This document shows positions 18,245 to 27,310 of a stretch of 31,526 bases of DNA, one piece after another. A model generated the notes under the pieces. That model was not told the origin of the DNA. It worked only from the letters and a program-made list of their open reading frames with translations, and made no database searches. The position numbers and the translations under genes were made by a program. Position 1 is the first letter of the stretch; each line of letters starts with the position of its first letter. Source of the DNA: a virus (lineage: Duplodnaviria; Caudoviricetes); the IMG/VR virus record IMGVR_UViG_3300049828_000008, positions 1 to 31,526 of that record. One strand, written 5' to 3'.

Positions 18245-19257
18245 TGCTCGCACAAACACATTACTACCATCGCATCATTCGTAAGCTCGTAGTAGCTTTC
18301 GGTTCGTTGTTCAATGACATGCGGCTTGTGCGCTACGATCAGACGACTAATTCTGATATAGAAATTGAACGCATCACGGTTCCTTTGATGTACGCATCCA
18401 AGGAAAAGTTCTACATGCGCATTAGCAATTCACCTGACTTCGTGAACCCGATGAACCTCACGCTGCCGCGCATGGCGTTCGAAATGAACGGTATCTCGTA
18501 TGATCCGTTGCGCAAGACCAGTAGCTTTACTGAGCATTTTGCCGCAGGATTGCCACTTGGACTCAAGAAAGCCAAGCCAACTCCATACAACTTCGACTTC
18601 AATTTGTATGTATTCGTTCGTAACACGGAAGACGGTGCGCAGATTGTCGAACAGATTCTACCATACTTTACGCCAGATTATACGGTAACTCTGGATTTCG
18701 TCGGCATCAACGAAATGAAGTTGGACGTTCCAATCGTTTTCAACTCCATCACCTACGATGACTCTCATGAAGGTGATCCAGAGTCAACCCGTTCGATTAT
18801 CTGGACATTGAACTTCACTGCAAAGGGATATCTGTTCGGACCAATTGCAAACATTCGACCAATTCGTAAGGCAACGTCGAACATCTATGACAACACCTTT
18901 GAAACCAGTCCATTGAAGGAACTTATCCTCACTCCAAGCGCAGCAAACACTGACTGCGGCACTTATAAGTACAACGAGTTGGTGTATCAGGGCAGAGATA
19001 TTTCCGAAGCAACCTTGACAGCCTACGTCAAGAAGTGGAACTCTAATTCTAATACTATCGTGGTGTACGATACCAATGGCACGATTAAACCGAATGTTCT
19101 TCTCGTTGGAGCATCTTCGGGAGCTAGATACAATGTAGCATCCTATTCTACTGACCCTAATCAGATGGTTAGAATCACCGTCGAACCTGACCCTAATACT
19201 GCCAACAGCATCGAAGAGGCATTTGGTTTCTCCACCAATATCACTGAGTATTTCTAA
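18244..19257 (+). CDS. gp15: Tail sheath stabiliser/terminator gp15
   Basis: YYH.IIRK.VVAFG.LFND, VPLMYA.KEKF, TLPRMAFE, QIVEQILPYFTP, WTLNFTAKGYLFGP. Confidence 0.95.
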   Translation: MLAQTHYYHRIIRKLVVAFGSLFNDMRLVRYDQTTNSDIEIERITVPLMYASKEKFYMRISNSPDFVNPMNLTLPRMAFEMNGISYDPLRKTSSFTEHFAAGLPLGLKKAKPTPYNFDFNLYVFVRNTEDGAQIVEQILPYFTPDYTVTLDFVGINEMKLDVPIVFNSITYDDSHEGDPESTRSIIWTLNFTAKGYLFGPIANIRPIRKATSNIYDNTFETSPLKELILTPSAANTDCGTYKYNELVYQGRDISEATLTAYVKKWNSNSNTIVVYDTNGTIKPNVLLVGASSGARYNVASYSTDPNQMVRITVEPDPNTANSIEEAFGFSTNITEYF

Positions 19258-19727
19258 TGAACACTATTGAACAAAAGCTTAACGATATTCTAGAAGTAGA
19301 AATCGTGGGTGAAGTGATTGAGCCTGTCGATATTACTCCTGAAGTCGTCACTCCAATCGTCATCGCTCCTGAAACTCTTCCTGCGGTAATCGAAGAACCA
19401 ACTGAGCAGCGGGATTTGGAATACGACTACGAGTATTCTCGCAACATGCACCGCGACCTTCTTGAGCAAGGGCAGGAAGCTCTACCCGACTTATTCAGGG
19501 TGGCTAAGGAATCTCAGCATCCTCGCGCCTATGAAGTCGCGGCTGGATTCCTCAAAACCATGTCCGACATGACTGATAAGTTGATGAATCTCCATAAGGT
19601 CAAGAAAGCTCTGGATGGTGAAGAGGGTGGACCTCCACGTACCACCACAAACAACATCGACAAGGCTGTGTTTGTCGGATCAACCGCAGACCTATTGAAG
19701 CAGATAAAGAATGAGCCTGCCGCCTAA
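19257..19727 (+). CDS. gp16: Terminase small subunit gp16
   Basis: DYEYSR, ESQHPRAYEV, VFVGSTADL motifs; directly upstream of the large terminase. Confidence 0.93.
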   Translation: MNTIEQKLNDILEVEIVGEVIEPVDITPEVVTPIVIAPETLPAVIEEPTEQRDLEYDYEYSRNMHRDLLEQGQEALPDLFRVAKESQHPRAYEVAAGFLKTMSDMTDKLMNLHKVKKALDGEEGGPPRTTTNNIDKAVFVGSTADLLKQIKNEPAA

Positions 19728-21366
19728 TACAGCCAATCCTAATGTTCTGAGTTTCAAGGGCTACATGGGTAGCCCCAAGCTTAAGCGCGTGGGTGTCAAC
19801 ATCTCATTATCTCAATATGAGATGGACGAGTATCGCAAGTGCGCGGCTGATCCCAACTACTTTATCGAACGCTACGTTAAGATCATCACTCTTGACAAGG
19901 GGTTGGTGAGTATCAAGCTCTACCCGTTCCAGAGAGATGCAGTCACTAAGATCACAACTCACCGAGAAGTTATCATCAAAGCGGGTCGTCAGGTGGGTAA
20001 GACCACAATGACTGTGGGTGTTCTTCTATGGTACATCCTATTCAATGAAGCAAAGACCGTGGCTATTCTGGCTAACAAGGCTAAGACGGCTCGCGAAATT
20101 CTCAACCGGTTGAAGATTGCTTATGCCGAAGTCCCAAAGTGGATGCAGCAGGGTGTCATGGAATGGAACAAGGGTGACATTTCCCTAGAGAACAACTCCC
20201 GCGTCCTCGCAGACTCAACCGCTTCCACTGCAATTCGTGGATGGTCCATCAACTTCCTGTATCTGGACGAATTCGCATTCGTTCCAAACAACATTGCAGA
20301 AGAGTTCTTCTCGTCCGTCTATCCAACCATTACGTCAGGTGAGACAGCACAGATTTTGGTCAGTTCCACCCCGAATGGCATGAACCATTTCTACAAGATG
20401 TGGACCGATGCCGTGGAAGGACATAATGACTTCGTTCATATCTCAGCCTCTTGGCGTGAAGTTCCCGGCAGAACGGATGAATGGGCAGAGAAGCAACGGC
20501 GTAATCTGGGTGACGAAAAGTATCTACAGGAAATGGAATGTGAGTTCCAAGGCTCTCAGGGAACCCTCATTTCAGGTATGGTCCTCAAGAGTTTGGCGTT
20601 TGTCAAGCCAGAAACCTTCGAAGGAATTGTCGGACTTTGCTTCTATCAAAAGCCGATTGTGGGGCGAAAGTACGTGATTGTTTGCGACACTTCGCGCGGA
20701 AAAGGGCTTGACTATTCCGCTTTCGTGGTCATAGATGTAACTGAGATTCCATATAAGGTCGTTTGTACCTACAAGGACAATGATATTAGTCCTATTCTGT
20801 TCCCCTCCATTATTGCTAAGATGGGTAAGTGGTACAACAGTGCCTATGTTCTAGTTGAAATTAATGATAACGGGCAACAGGTGGTGGACTCCCTGTTCGA
20901 TGACTACGAGTACGAGAATATCCTTTCGACCACTGTTTCTAAACAGAAGGTCGTCCTGTCTTGGGCAACAGGTGGGCAGACCTCGGATCGTGGTATTCGA
21001 ACCACCAAGTCAGTCAAACGGCTTGGCTGTTCTCTGATGAAGACCCTGATCGAATCCTACCAGTTGACCTTCCAAGACTTCAACATCATTGCCGAGCTTT
21101 CAACTTTCATAAATAAGCGCAACAGCTACGAAGCAGATGAGGGGTCTAACGATGACCTCGTAATGTGCCTAGTGCTGTTTTCGTGGATGACTAACCAACC
21201 ATTCTTTTCAGACCTTTGCCAGACTAACATTAAGGAAAAGCTCTATCGGGAGCAAATGACTCAAATTGACGAACAAGCTCTACCACTGCCCCTTTACAAT
21301 GACGGCAACCCGGTCGATAATCACTATGTCGAAGATGGGTCTGTTTGGGAGATAGTGAGTCATTGA
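19711..21366 (+). CDS. gp17: Terminase large subunit gp17
   Basis: LYPFQ, Walker A AGRQVGKTT, Walker B FLYLDEFAF, SSTPNG, nuclease motifs CDTSRG and DDLVM. Confidence 0.97.
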   Translation: MSLPPNTANPNVLSFKGYMGSPKLKRVGVNISLSQYEMDEYRKCAADPNYFIERYVKIITLDKGLVSIKLYPFQRDAVTKITTHREVIIKAGRQVGKTTMTVGVLLWYILFNEAKTVAILANKAKTAREILNRLKIAYAEVPKWMQQGVMEWNKGDISLENNSRVLADSTASTAIRGWSINFLYLDEFAFVPNNIAEEFFSSVYPTITSGETAQILVSSTPNGMNHFYKMWTDAVEGHNDFVHISASWREVPGRTDEWAEKQRRNLGDEKYLQEMECEFQGSQGTLISGMVLKSLAFVKPETFEGIVGLCFYQKPIVGRKYVIVCDTSRGKGLDYSAFVVIDVTEIPYKVVCTYKDNDISPILFPSIIAKMGKWYNSAYVLVEINDNGQQVVDSLFDDYEYENILSTTVSKQKVVLSWATGGQTSDRGIRTTKSVKRLGCSLMKTLIESYQLTFQDFNIIAELSTFINKRNSYEADEGSNDDLVMCLVLFSWMTNQPFFSDLCQTNIKEKLYREQMTQIDEQALPLPLYNDGNPVDNHYVEDGSVWEIVSH

Positions 21367-21370
21367 AAAA

Positions 21371-21378
21371 CCTAAATA
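21371..21378 (+). promoter_or_regulatory. Late promoter CCTAAATA upstream of gene 18
   Basis: Intergenic consensus match; SD AGGAG at 21412-21416. Confidence 0.72.
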
Positions 21379-21425
21379 ATCAGTTAATCCGAATTCCGCA
21401 TTCCTCTTATCAGGAGTAGACCCTC

Positions 21426-23162
21426 ATGACATTTCAAGTATCTCCCGGCGTAAACGTTTCCGAAATTGAGCTAACGACAGTTATCCCTGCCGTTTCGACC
21501 TCTTCCGGTGCAGTCGCAGGACCGTTCGATTGGGGTCCAGTCAACACTGTTCGCCAAGTTTCTAACGAAATCGAGCTTGTCTCGACATTCGGAAAACCTT
21601 CGACCAATACCGCACAAACTTTCTTCACTGGTGCAAACTTCCTTGCTTATGGTAGCGACCTTCGCGTAATTCGCGCAGCAAACACAACCGCAAGAAACGC
21701 ATTTGCAAACCTTGATCCCGGTTCTGTAACTGCGGTCTACTGCCCTAACGAAGAAGTTTTCGAAGCTAATTCGACGCTCAACACGATTACGAATAGCTTT
21801 GCAATCGCTCGTTATCCCGGCACGTTGGGTAACACCCTCAAGGTTAGCATCATGGCTAACACAGCAATGAGCAACTGGCAGTATTCTTCTCTGTTTGACA
21901 AGGCTCCCGGCACTTCTCATTACGTGTCTAGCTCTTTCGGTAACACTACTGCAAATGACGAGCTACACCTTGTCGTTGTGGACGAAGACGGTGTTATCAC
22001 TGGTGTCGCAAACACGGTTCTTGAAAAATACGCATTTCTATCCAAGGCAACCAATGCCAAGGACGAGTCTGGTGAGTCTATCTACTGGAAGGACGTAATT
22101 TTCCGTAAGTCCAAGTGGATTTACATCACTGGTCTGCCATTCCAAGCATCCGGCACAGTTGTCGATAACTGGAACGTGGCTGCAAACGCAACGAGCGCAT
22201 TCCAGACCACCATCAACGGAAACGTTGCAGGTGGAAACATGTTCTCGTTCCAAGCAGGTGTTGAAGGTGCGCCAGTCGCGGCTGACTACATCGCTGCATA
22301 TGACCAGATTCAGCAAGCCGAAAAGGTTGATGTTCAGTTGGTCATGCTCGGTGGTGCAATGGGTGGCAACTCGGCTATCATTCTTGACGTTATCGGCAAG
22401 GTTGAAGCTCGTAAGGATTGCGTAGCATTCCTCTCCCCTGCACTTGCAAACACTCAGGCAACAGACCCAACTGCTTCCATCGTCAACTTCCGCAATAACG
22501 TATTGTCGAATGTCTCAACTTCCTACGCAGTCATGGATTCGGGTTGGAAGTATCAGTACGACAAGTACAACGACGTATATCGTTGGATTCCGCTGAATGG
22601 TGATATCGCAGGACTCTGCGCACGTACCGACACGGATCGTGACCCTTGGTTCTCACCGGCTGGACTAACTCGCGGACAGATCAAGAACGTCATCAAGCTA
22701 TCGTACAATCCAACGAAGGCTAACCGTGACGAATTGTACAAGAACGGCATCAACCCTGTTGTCTCCTTTACTGGTGAAGGCACGATGTTGTTTGGTGACA
22801 AGACTCTTCTCGGTCGTCCATCAGCGTTTGATCGCATCAATGTTCGTCGCCTCTTCATCACGCTTGAGAAGTCGATTGCCAAGGCATCGCGTTCCAGCCT
22901 GTTTGAGTTCAACGATGAATTCACTCGCGCTCAGTTCGTGAACCTTGTCGAGCCATTCCTACGTACCGTCCAAGGTCGTCGGGGTATCTACGACTATCGC
23001 GTAGTCTGCGATGAAACCAACAACACAGCCGAAGTAATTGACCGCAATGAATTCGTCGGTGATATCTACGTCAAGCCTGCAAAGAGCATCAACTTTATCC
23101 AGTTGAACTTTGTCGCGGTTAGAACGGGTGTCGCCTTTGAAGAAATCGTCGGCAAGTTCTGA
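21426..23162 (+). CDS. gp18: Contractile tail sheath protein gp18
   Basis: SPGV.VSEI, AGPFDWGP, PWFSPAG..RG, RDELYK.GINPV, FGDKT, FDRINVRRLF, KSINFIQLNFVA. Confidence 0.97.
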   Translation: MTFQVSPGVNVSEIELTTVIPAVSTSSGAVAGPFDWGPVNTVRQVSNEIELVSTFGKPSTNTAQTFFTGANFLAYGSDLRVIRAANTTARNAFANLDPGSVTAVYCPNEEVFEANSTLNTITNSFAIARYPGTLGNTLKVSIMANTAMSNWQYSSLFDKAPGTSHYVSSSFGNTTANDELHLVVVDEDGVITGVANTVLEKYAFLSKATNAKDESGESIYWKDVIFRKSKWIYITGLPFQASGTVVDNWNVAANATSAFQTTINGNVAGGNMFSFQAGVEGAPVAADYIAAYDQIQQAEKVDVQLVMLGGAMGGNSAIILDVIGKVEARKDCVAFLSPALANTQATDPTASIVNFRNNVLSNVSTSYAVMDSGWKYQYDKYNDVYRWIPLNGDIAGLCARTDTDRDPWFSPAGLTRGQIKNVIKLSYNPTKANRDELYKNGINPVVSFTGEGTMLFGDKTLLGRPSAFDRINVRRLFITLEKSIAKASRSSLFEFNDEFTRAQFVNLVEPFLRTVQGRRGIYDYRVVCDETNNTAEVIDRNEFVGDIYVKPAKSINFIQLNFVAVRTGVAFEEIVGKF

Positions 23163-23168
23163 TAAATA
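23161..23168 (+). promoter_or_regulatory. Late promoter GATAAATA upstream of gene 19
   Basis: Consensus match at the gene 18 stop. Confidence 0.7.
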
Positions 23169-23194
23169 ACTAAGGCTCACAGGAGTAATCACAG

Positions 23195-23779
23195 ATGTTT
23201 AACGTAGATAATTTCAGAACAGCAATGCAGTTCGACGGTGCGCGTCCCAACTTATTTGAAGTTGTGTTGCAGTTTCCTTCCTTCGTGCAGCTAGGTAGCC
23301 AAGCAACGTCACTCTCACGATTCTTCGTGAAGACTGCGCAGCTTCCCGGTTCCACGATTGGTACTGTAACCGTACCTTACTTCGGTCGCGAAGTCAAGGT
23401 TGCAGGCAACCGCACATTCCAAGACTGGTCAGTAACAGTGCTGAACGACGAAGACTTCACGATTCGTAACGCATTCGAAAGATGGCACCGTGGTATCAAC
23501 GGCAACCAGACAAACCTTCGCGAGCCGGGTGCAGTTAGCACTTCGCCTCTCGCACCGGGAACGTCTTATTCCGTCGATGCAGAAGTGTATCAGTATTCGA
23601 AGGCTGGTGGATCGCCAATTAAGAAGTACCGTTTCGTCGGTATGTTCCCTAATGACGTTGCCGGTATCGACCTTGATTGGAGTTCAAACGATACGGTTGA
23701 AGAGTTCTCAGTAACTCTTTCGTATCAGTATTGGCTATCTGACGATACCAAGTCTGCTGTTCCGCAGAAGTCGGCTTAA
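23195..23779 (+). CDS. gp19: Tail tube protein gp19
   Basis: GARPNLFEV, AQLPGS, GREVKVAGNRTF.DW.VTV.NDEDF.IR.AFE.W, VEEF.VT..YQYW. Confidence 0.96.
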   Translation: MFNVDNFRTAMQFDGARPNLFEVVLQFPSFVQLGSQATSLSRFFVKTAQLPGSTIGTVTVPYFGREVKVAGNRTFQDWSVTVLNDEDFTIRNAFERWHRGINGNQTNLREPGAVSTSPLAPGTSYSVDAEVYQYSKAGGSPIKKYRFVGMFPNDVAGIDLDWSSNDTVEEFSVTLSYQYWLSDDTKSAVPQKSA

Positions 23780-23786
23780 TTGAAAT

Positions 23787-23819
23787 GAGAGGGTGGATTT
23801 TCTACCCTCTCTATCTTTG
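23787..23819 (+). terminator. Stem-loop after gene 19, likely a leaky terminator or mRNA-stabilising hairpin
   Basis: GAGAGGGTGGA-TTT-TCTACCCTCTC (11 bp with one G-U) followed by an imperfect tail TATCTTTG. Confidence 0.6.
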
Positions 23820-23833
23820 ATATGGAGTAATGC

Positions 23834-25465
23834 ATGGCACAAGAACAACAGGGAATTTCGCTGTTTGGATGGCAGATCACTCGCGCAACGGGTAATCAAA
23901 CCATTGAACAACAGGCACCTGCAATTGCAGCACCACAAACCGATGACGGCGCATATACCATTAATGCCGGTTCACTCGGTGGTTATTATGGTACTTACCT
24001 CAATCTAGAATCTGCTTTCAAAAACGAGAATGAACTCATTTCTCGTTATCGTACTATGGCAATGCAGCCGGAAGTGGAAGCAGCCATTGATGAAATCGTC
24101 AATGAAGCAATCGTCCATGATGAAAAAGGTATGTCGGTTGAAATCGTTCTGGATGAATTGAATCAAACCGAATCCATCAAGAGCATGTTGCGCGAAGAGT
24201 TCAGATCAATTCTGCGCATGTTGGACTTTGACAATAATGGACACGATATCTTCCGCCGTTGGTATGTCGATGGTCGATTATACTATCAGGTACAGATAGA
24301 CGAAGCCAATCCAAAGAACGGAATCATAGGACTTGTCTATCTTGATCCTCGCAAGATTCGCAAGATTCGTACCATCATCAAGAACAAAGACCCGCGCACT
24401 GGCGTAGAGTTTGTTTCAGGATATGCCGACTTCTACGTGTACAACGACAAGTCGATGACGAGCGGTAACATGGTCATGTCCTCACCTGTCGATGCATCCA
24501 TGAAGATTGCCGAAGATGCAGTTGTAAACATCAACTCTGGATTGATGGACGTAACTCGCAACATGGTTCTGTCCTATCTGCATAAGGCTATCAAGCCTCT
24601 AAATCAACTTAGAATGATCGAAGACGCGGTGGTAATTTACCGTCTGTCTCGCGCACCAGAACGTCGCGTGTTCTACATTGACGTAGGTAATCTGCCTAAG
24701 ATGAAGGCAGACCAGTACATGAACGATATCATGACGAAGTTCCGTAACAAGATTGTCTATGATGCAAACACTGGCGAAGTCAAGGATGATCGTAAGTTCA
24801 CTTCCATGATCGAAGACTTCTGGATTCCGCGCCGTGGCGAAGGTAAGTCTACCGAAATCACTACGTTGCCTGCGGGACAGAGCCTAGGACAACTGGACGA
24901 TGTGAAGTATTTCCAACAGGTTCTTTACCGTTCACTCGGTGTTCCAGTTGGTCGTCTTGAGCCACAGCAAGGGTTTAGTCTTGGACGATCTAACGAAATC
25001 ACTCGCGATGAATTGAAGTTCAACAAGTTTGTTGAGCGAATTCGCGCTAAGTTTACCACTCTTTTCGATGAACTCATGCGTCGGCAGTTAGCCCTTAAGG
25101 GAATTGCATCCTACGAAGAATGGGATGAAATCAAAGAATTTGTTTACTACGACTTCCTAGAAGACAACAATTTCTCTGAACTCAAGGACGCAGAACTCCT
25201 CAACAACCGTATCATGACGCTCAATGCAGTCACACCATACGTAGGATTATACTACTCTATGGCATGGGTCAAGAAAAATGTTCTTCATCTTTCTGAGGAA
25301 GAAATCGAAGAAATGAATGCTGAGATTGAGGAAGAACAAGAAATGCAGATGGCAATTGCCGCTGCGGAGGCTGCAAAACAGCAGGTTCTTGCGTCTACAC
25401 AAGTTCCAACGGTAGGACCACCAATGGGCGCACCACCCGCTGCCGGTGGAGGACCACCACGATGA
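23834..25465 (+). CDS. gp20: Portal vertex protein gp20
   Basis: FRRWYVDGR, SYLHKAIKPLNQLRMIEDAVVIYRLSRAPERRVFYIDVGNLP, EDFWIPRR, EITRDELKF. Confidence 0.98.
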   Translation: MAQEQQGISLFGWQITRATGNQTIEQQAPAIAAPQTDDGAYTINAGSLGGYYGTYLNLESAFKNENELISRYRTMAMQPEVEAAIDEIVNEAIVHDEKGMSVEIVLDELNQTESIKSMLREEFRSILRMLDFDNNGHDIFRRWYVDGRLYYQVQIDEANPKNGIIGLVYLDPRKIRKIRTIIKNKDPRTGVEFVSGYADFYVYNDKSMTSGNMVMSSPVDASMKIAEDAVVNINSGLMDVTRNMVLSYLHKAIKPLNQLRMIEDAVVIYRLSRAPERRVFYIDVGNLPKMKADQYMNDIMTKFRNKIVYDANTGEVKDDRKFTSMIEDFWIPRRGEGKSTEITTLPAGQSLGQLDDVKYFQQVLYRSLGVPVGRLEPQQGFSLGRSNEITRDELKFNKFVERIRAKFTTLFDELMRRQLALKGIASYEEWDEIKEFVYYDFLEDNNFSELKDAELLNNRIMTLNAVTPYVGLYYSMAWVKKNVLHLSEEEIEEMNAEIEEEQEMQMAIAAAEAAKQQVLASTQVPTVGPPMGAPPAAGGGPPR

Positions 25466-25469
25466 AAAA

Positions 25470-25477
25470 ACTAAATA
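25470..25477 (+). promoter_or_regulatory. Late promoter ACTAAATA upstream of the gp67-like gene
   Basis: Intergenic consensus match. Confidence 0.7.
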
Positions 25478-25505
25478 CAGTTAAGCCTTTCGGAGTAACC
25501 AGAGT

Positions 25506-26738
25506 ATGACCACTGCAAATCACCTAATCAACGCACTTGCTTCACAAGATCAGGATGAAGCTAATGATGCATTCAATTCCATGATTCAGGACAAGATGAG
25601 CGACTATCTTGAAGTCAAGAAAGTTGAACTCGCCTCAACCATCATGGACGACCTAGAGGAAGCTTTCGCATACAAGTCTTCGCCTGCTCGATATCGCGAC
25701 AGATATTTCATGAACATCAAAAATGATGGCAAGAATATTGGCACGGTTATGGAGCCTCTTGGTAGTAAGGGTGAGGATTCGTGGGGTTTTGTTCATCACA
25801 AGTCTAATACCAAAAAGCGTGGATTCAAGGACGCCGACGCAGCCCACGCAGCACTTCAAGCTCATCACAAGTCATTGCATGAAGCTACAGGCGCACAGCG
25901 TCAGTATGCTCGTCAGGTGCGTAAAGCAGTTGCCGTAGGAAACCGTGTAGATGGTAAGTCTAAGTCCATGCACACCGACGAACTCAAGGCTCATGTCAGA
26001 AAGCGTTTCCAACAGCTAGGCAACGATACAGTCGCCGGTCACGCTAATGTGATTAAAGACGCTCTCAAGTATCGTAAACTACACGCCGAAGAAACCATTG
26101 TCGAAGGCGAACACACCGCAGCAAAAGAACTGGTGATGTACGCAGATAACGACTCTCAGTTGTACCGCACTTCCCATCAGCCCATCGTGGCGAACCTCAA
26201 AAAGAAGGTCAAGAAGGGCGTGTATGACCACGAAAAAGCAACAAAGCTTTGGGGCTACCATGCCGACCGTGCTGCTCAAAAGTATGCCAAGGAACATGGC
26301 GATGGAACTCCTTGGCACAAAATGTTTACTCCTGCCGACCGTAAGCAAGCTGCAAGGTGGTTTGCTAATGGCAACAAGGAAGAAATTCACGAAGATGTTG
26401 TAAATGAAGTCCTTTCTGGTGGCTCTAAGAAAGAAGTTGGACCACTTTCGAATGCACAGTTGAATCGTAACGTGATGACGAACATTCGCAGGGCAGTACA
26501 GGCATTGCGTGTAAAGGGTGTAAACCCAAACATGGCAGCAGCAGGGCATCGTGATTTTTCCAAGCTCGTTGCAAAGAACCCAAAGGCTCCCGGTTATATG
26601 CTTCTACGTAAGCTCGCTCCTGCAAAGGCACAGGCTGTACAATCATTGACGCAAGCCGGTGTTCCACTCGGCGGCTCATTGGAAGCAAACCCACAGGATT
26701 TCAATCAAGTTGTCCAGAGAATCAAACGCTTCAAATGA
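25506..26738 (+). CDS. gp67: gp67-like prohead core protein with ~360-aa basic multi-module extension
   Basis: Position directly after gene 20; first ~52 aa are an acidic helix (LINAL...EANDAF...KMSDYLEVKKVELA) like gp67; the remainder is four K/R/H-rich modules. Confidence 0.6.
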   Translation: MTTANHLINALASQDQDEANDAFNSMIQDKMSDYLEVKKVELASTIMDDLEEAFAYKSSPARYRDRYFMNIKNDGKNIGTVMEPLGSKGEDSWGFVHHKSNTKKRGFKDADAAHAALQAHHKSLHEATGAQRQYARQVRKAVAVGNRVDGKSKSMHTDELKAHVRKRFQQLGNDTVAGHANVIKDALKYRKLHAEETIVEGEHTAAKELVMYADNDSQLYRTSHQPIVANLKKKVKKGVYDHEKATKLWGYHADRAAQKYAKEHGDGTPWHKMFTPADRKQAARWFANGNKEEIHEDVVNEVLSGGSKKEVGPLSNAQLNRNVMTNIRRAVQALRVKGVNPNMAAAGHRDFSKLVAKNPKAPGYMLLRKLAPAKAQAVQSLTQAGVPLGGSLEANPQDFNQVVQRIKRFK

Positions 26739-27310
26739 GTAATTTTACCCCAACGTGGTTGTATATCAAGAAGCATAATGCTACAGGCATGATGTATCTT
26801 GGGAAAACACAAAGAAATCCAGACAAGTATTTTGGTTCTGGAAAGTATTGGCTACGTCATCTAAAATCTCACGGCAGAGATATTGTTACTGTTTGGAAAC
26901 ATTTATTTGTAGACAAAAAAGATTTGGTTGAATTTGCCACTTTTATGTCCAAAGAACTAAATATTGTACAATCTGAAAAATGGGCAAATCTAAAAGAAGA
27001 AAACGGTCTAGATGGAAATCCATTAGGCGTTGAAGGATTGGTGGGTGAGAAAAATCCTATGTTTGGTCGTATTGGACCCATGAAAGGTAAGGTTGGTTCT
27101 AGTCACCCATCTTTCGGTAGAAGCGGAAACAAACACCCTATGTATGGAAAATCCGGTAAAGAAAGTCCAATTGCTCGCGCTGTTTCTATTGACGGTATTT
27201 TCTTTGATTCTGGTAAAGCAGCTTCCTTGAAATTGGGTATACCGAGGGCAACAATCCACTATCGTTGCAATTCAAAGTCTAATAAGTTTTCTGGATGGGT
27301 TTATAAATGA
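26733..27310 (+). mobile_element. Homing endonuclease insertion bounded by AAATGA direct repeats
   Basis: AAATGA at 26733-26738 and 27305-27310; AT-rich (17/60 GC in 26881-26940) relative to core genes. Confidence 0.6.
26735..27310 (+). CDS. Freestanding GIY-YIG (Seg-like) homing endonuclease with NUMOD3-like repeats and terminal HTH
   Basis: WLYIK..TG.MYLGKT...YFGSG.YW..H catalytic region; repeats GEKNPMFGR, GSSHPSFGR, GNKHPMYGK; C-terminal IDGIFFDS..AAS..LGI...TI.YRC. Confidence 0.82.
   Translation: MSNFTPTWLYIKKHNATGMMYLGKTQRNPDKYFGSGKYWLRHLKSHGRDIVTVWKHLFVDKKDLVEFATFMSKELNIVQSEKWANLKEENGLDGNPLGVEGLVGEKNPMFGRIGPMKGKVGSSHPSFGRSGNKHPMYGKSGKESPIARAVSIDGIFFDSGKAASLKLGIPRATIHYRCNSKSNKFSGWVYK

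Noticed and set aside
19711-21366. Intein or intron in the large terminase
   Set aside because: The ORF is continuous, 551 aa, with ATPase and nuclease motifs at normal spacing.
26735-27310. Group I intron around the endonuclease
   Set aside because: No flanking non-coding sequence for a ribozyme core, and the neighbouring genes are complete and uninterrupted.
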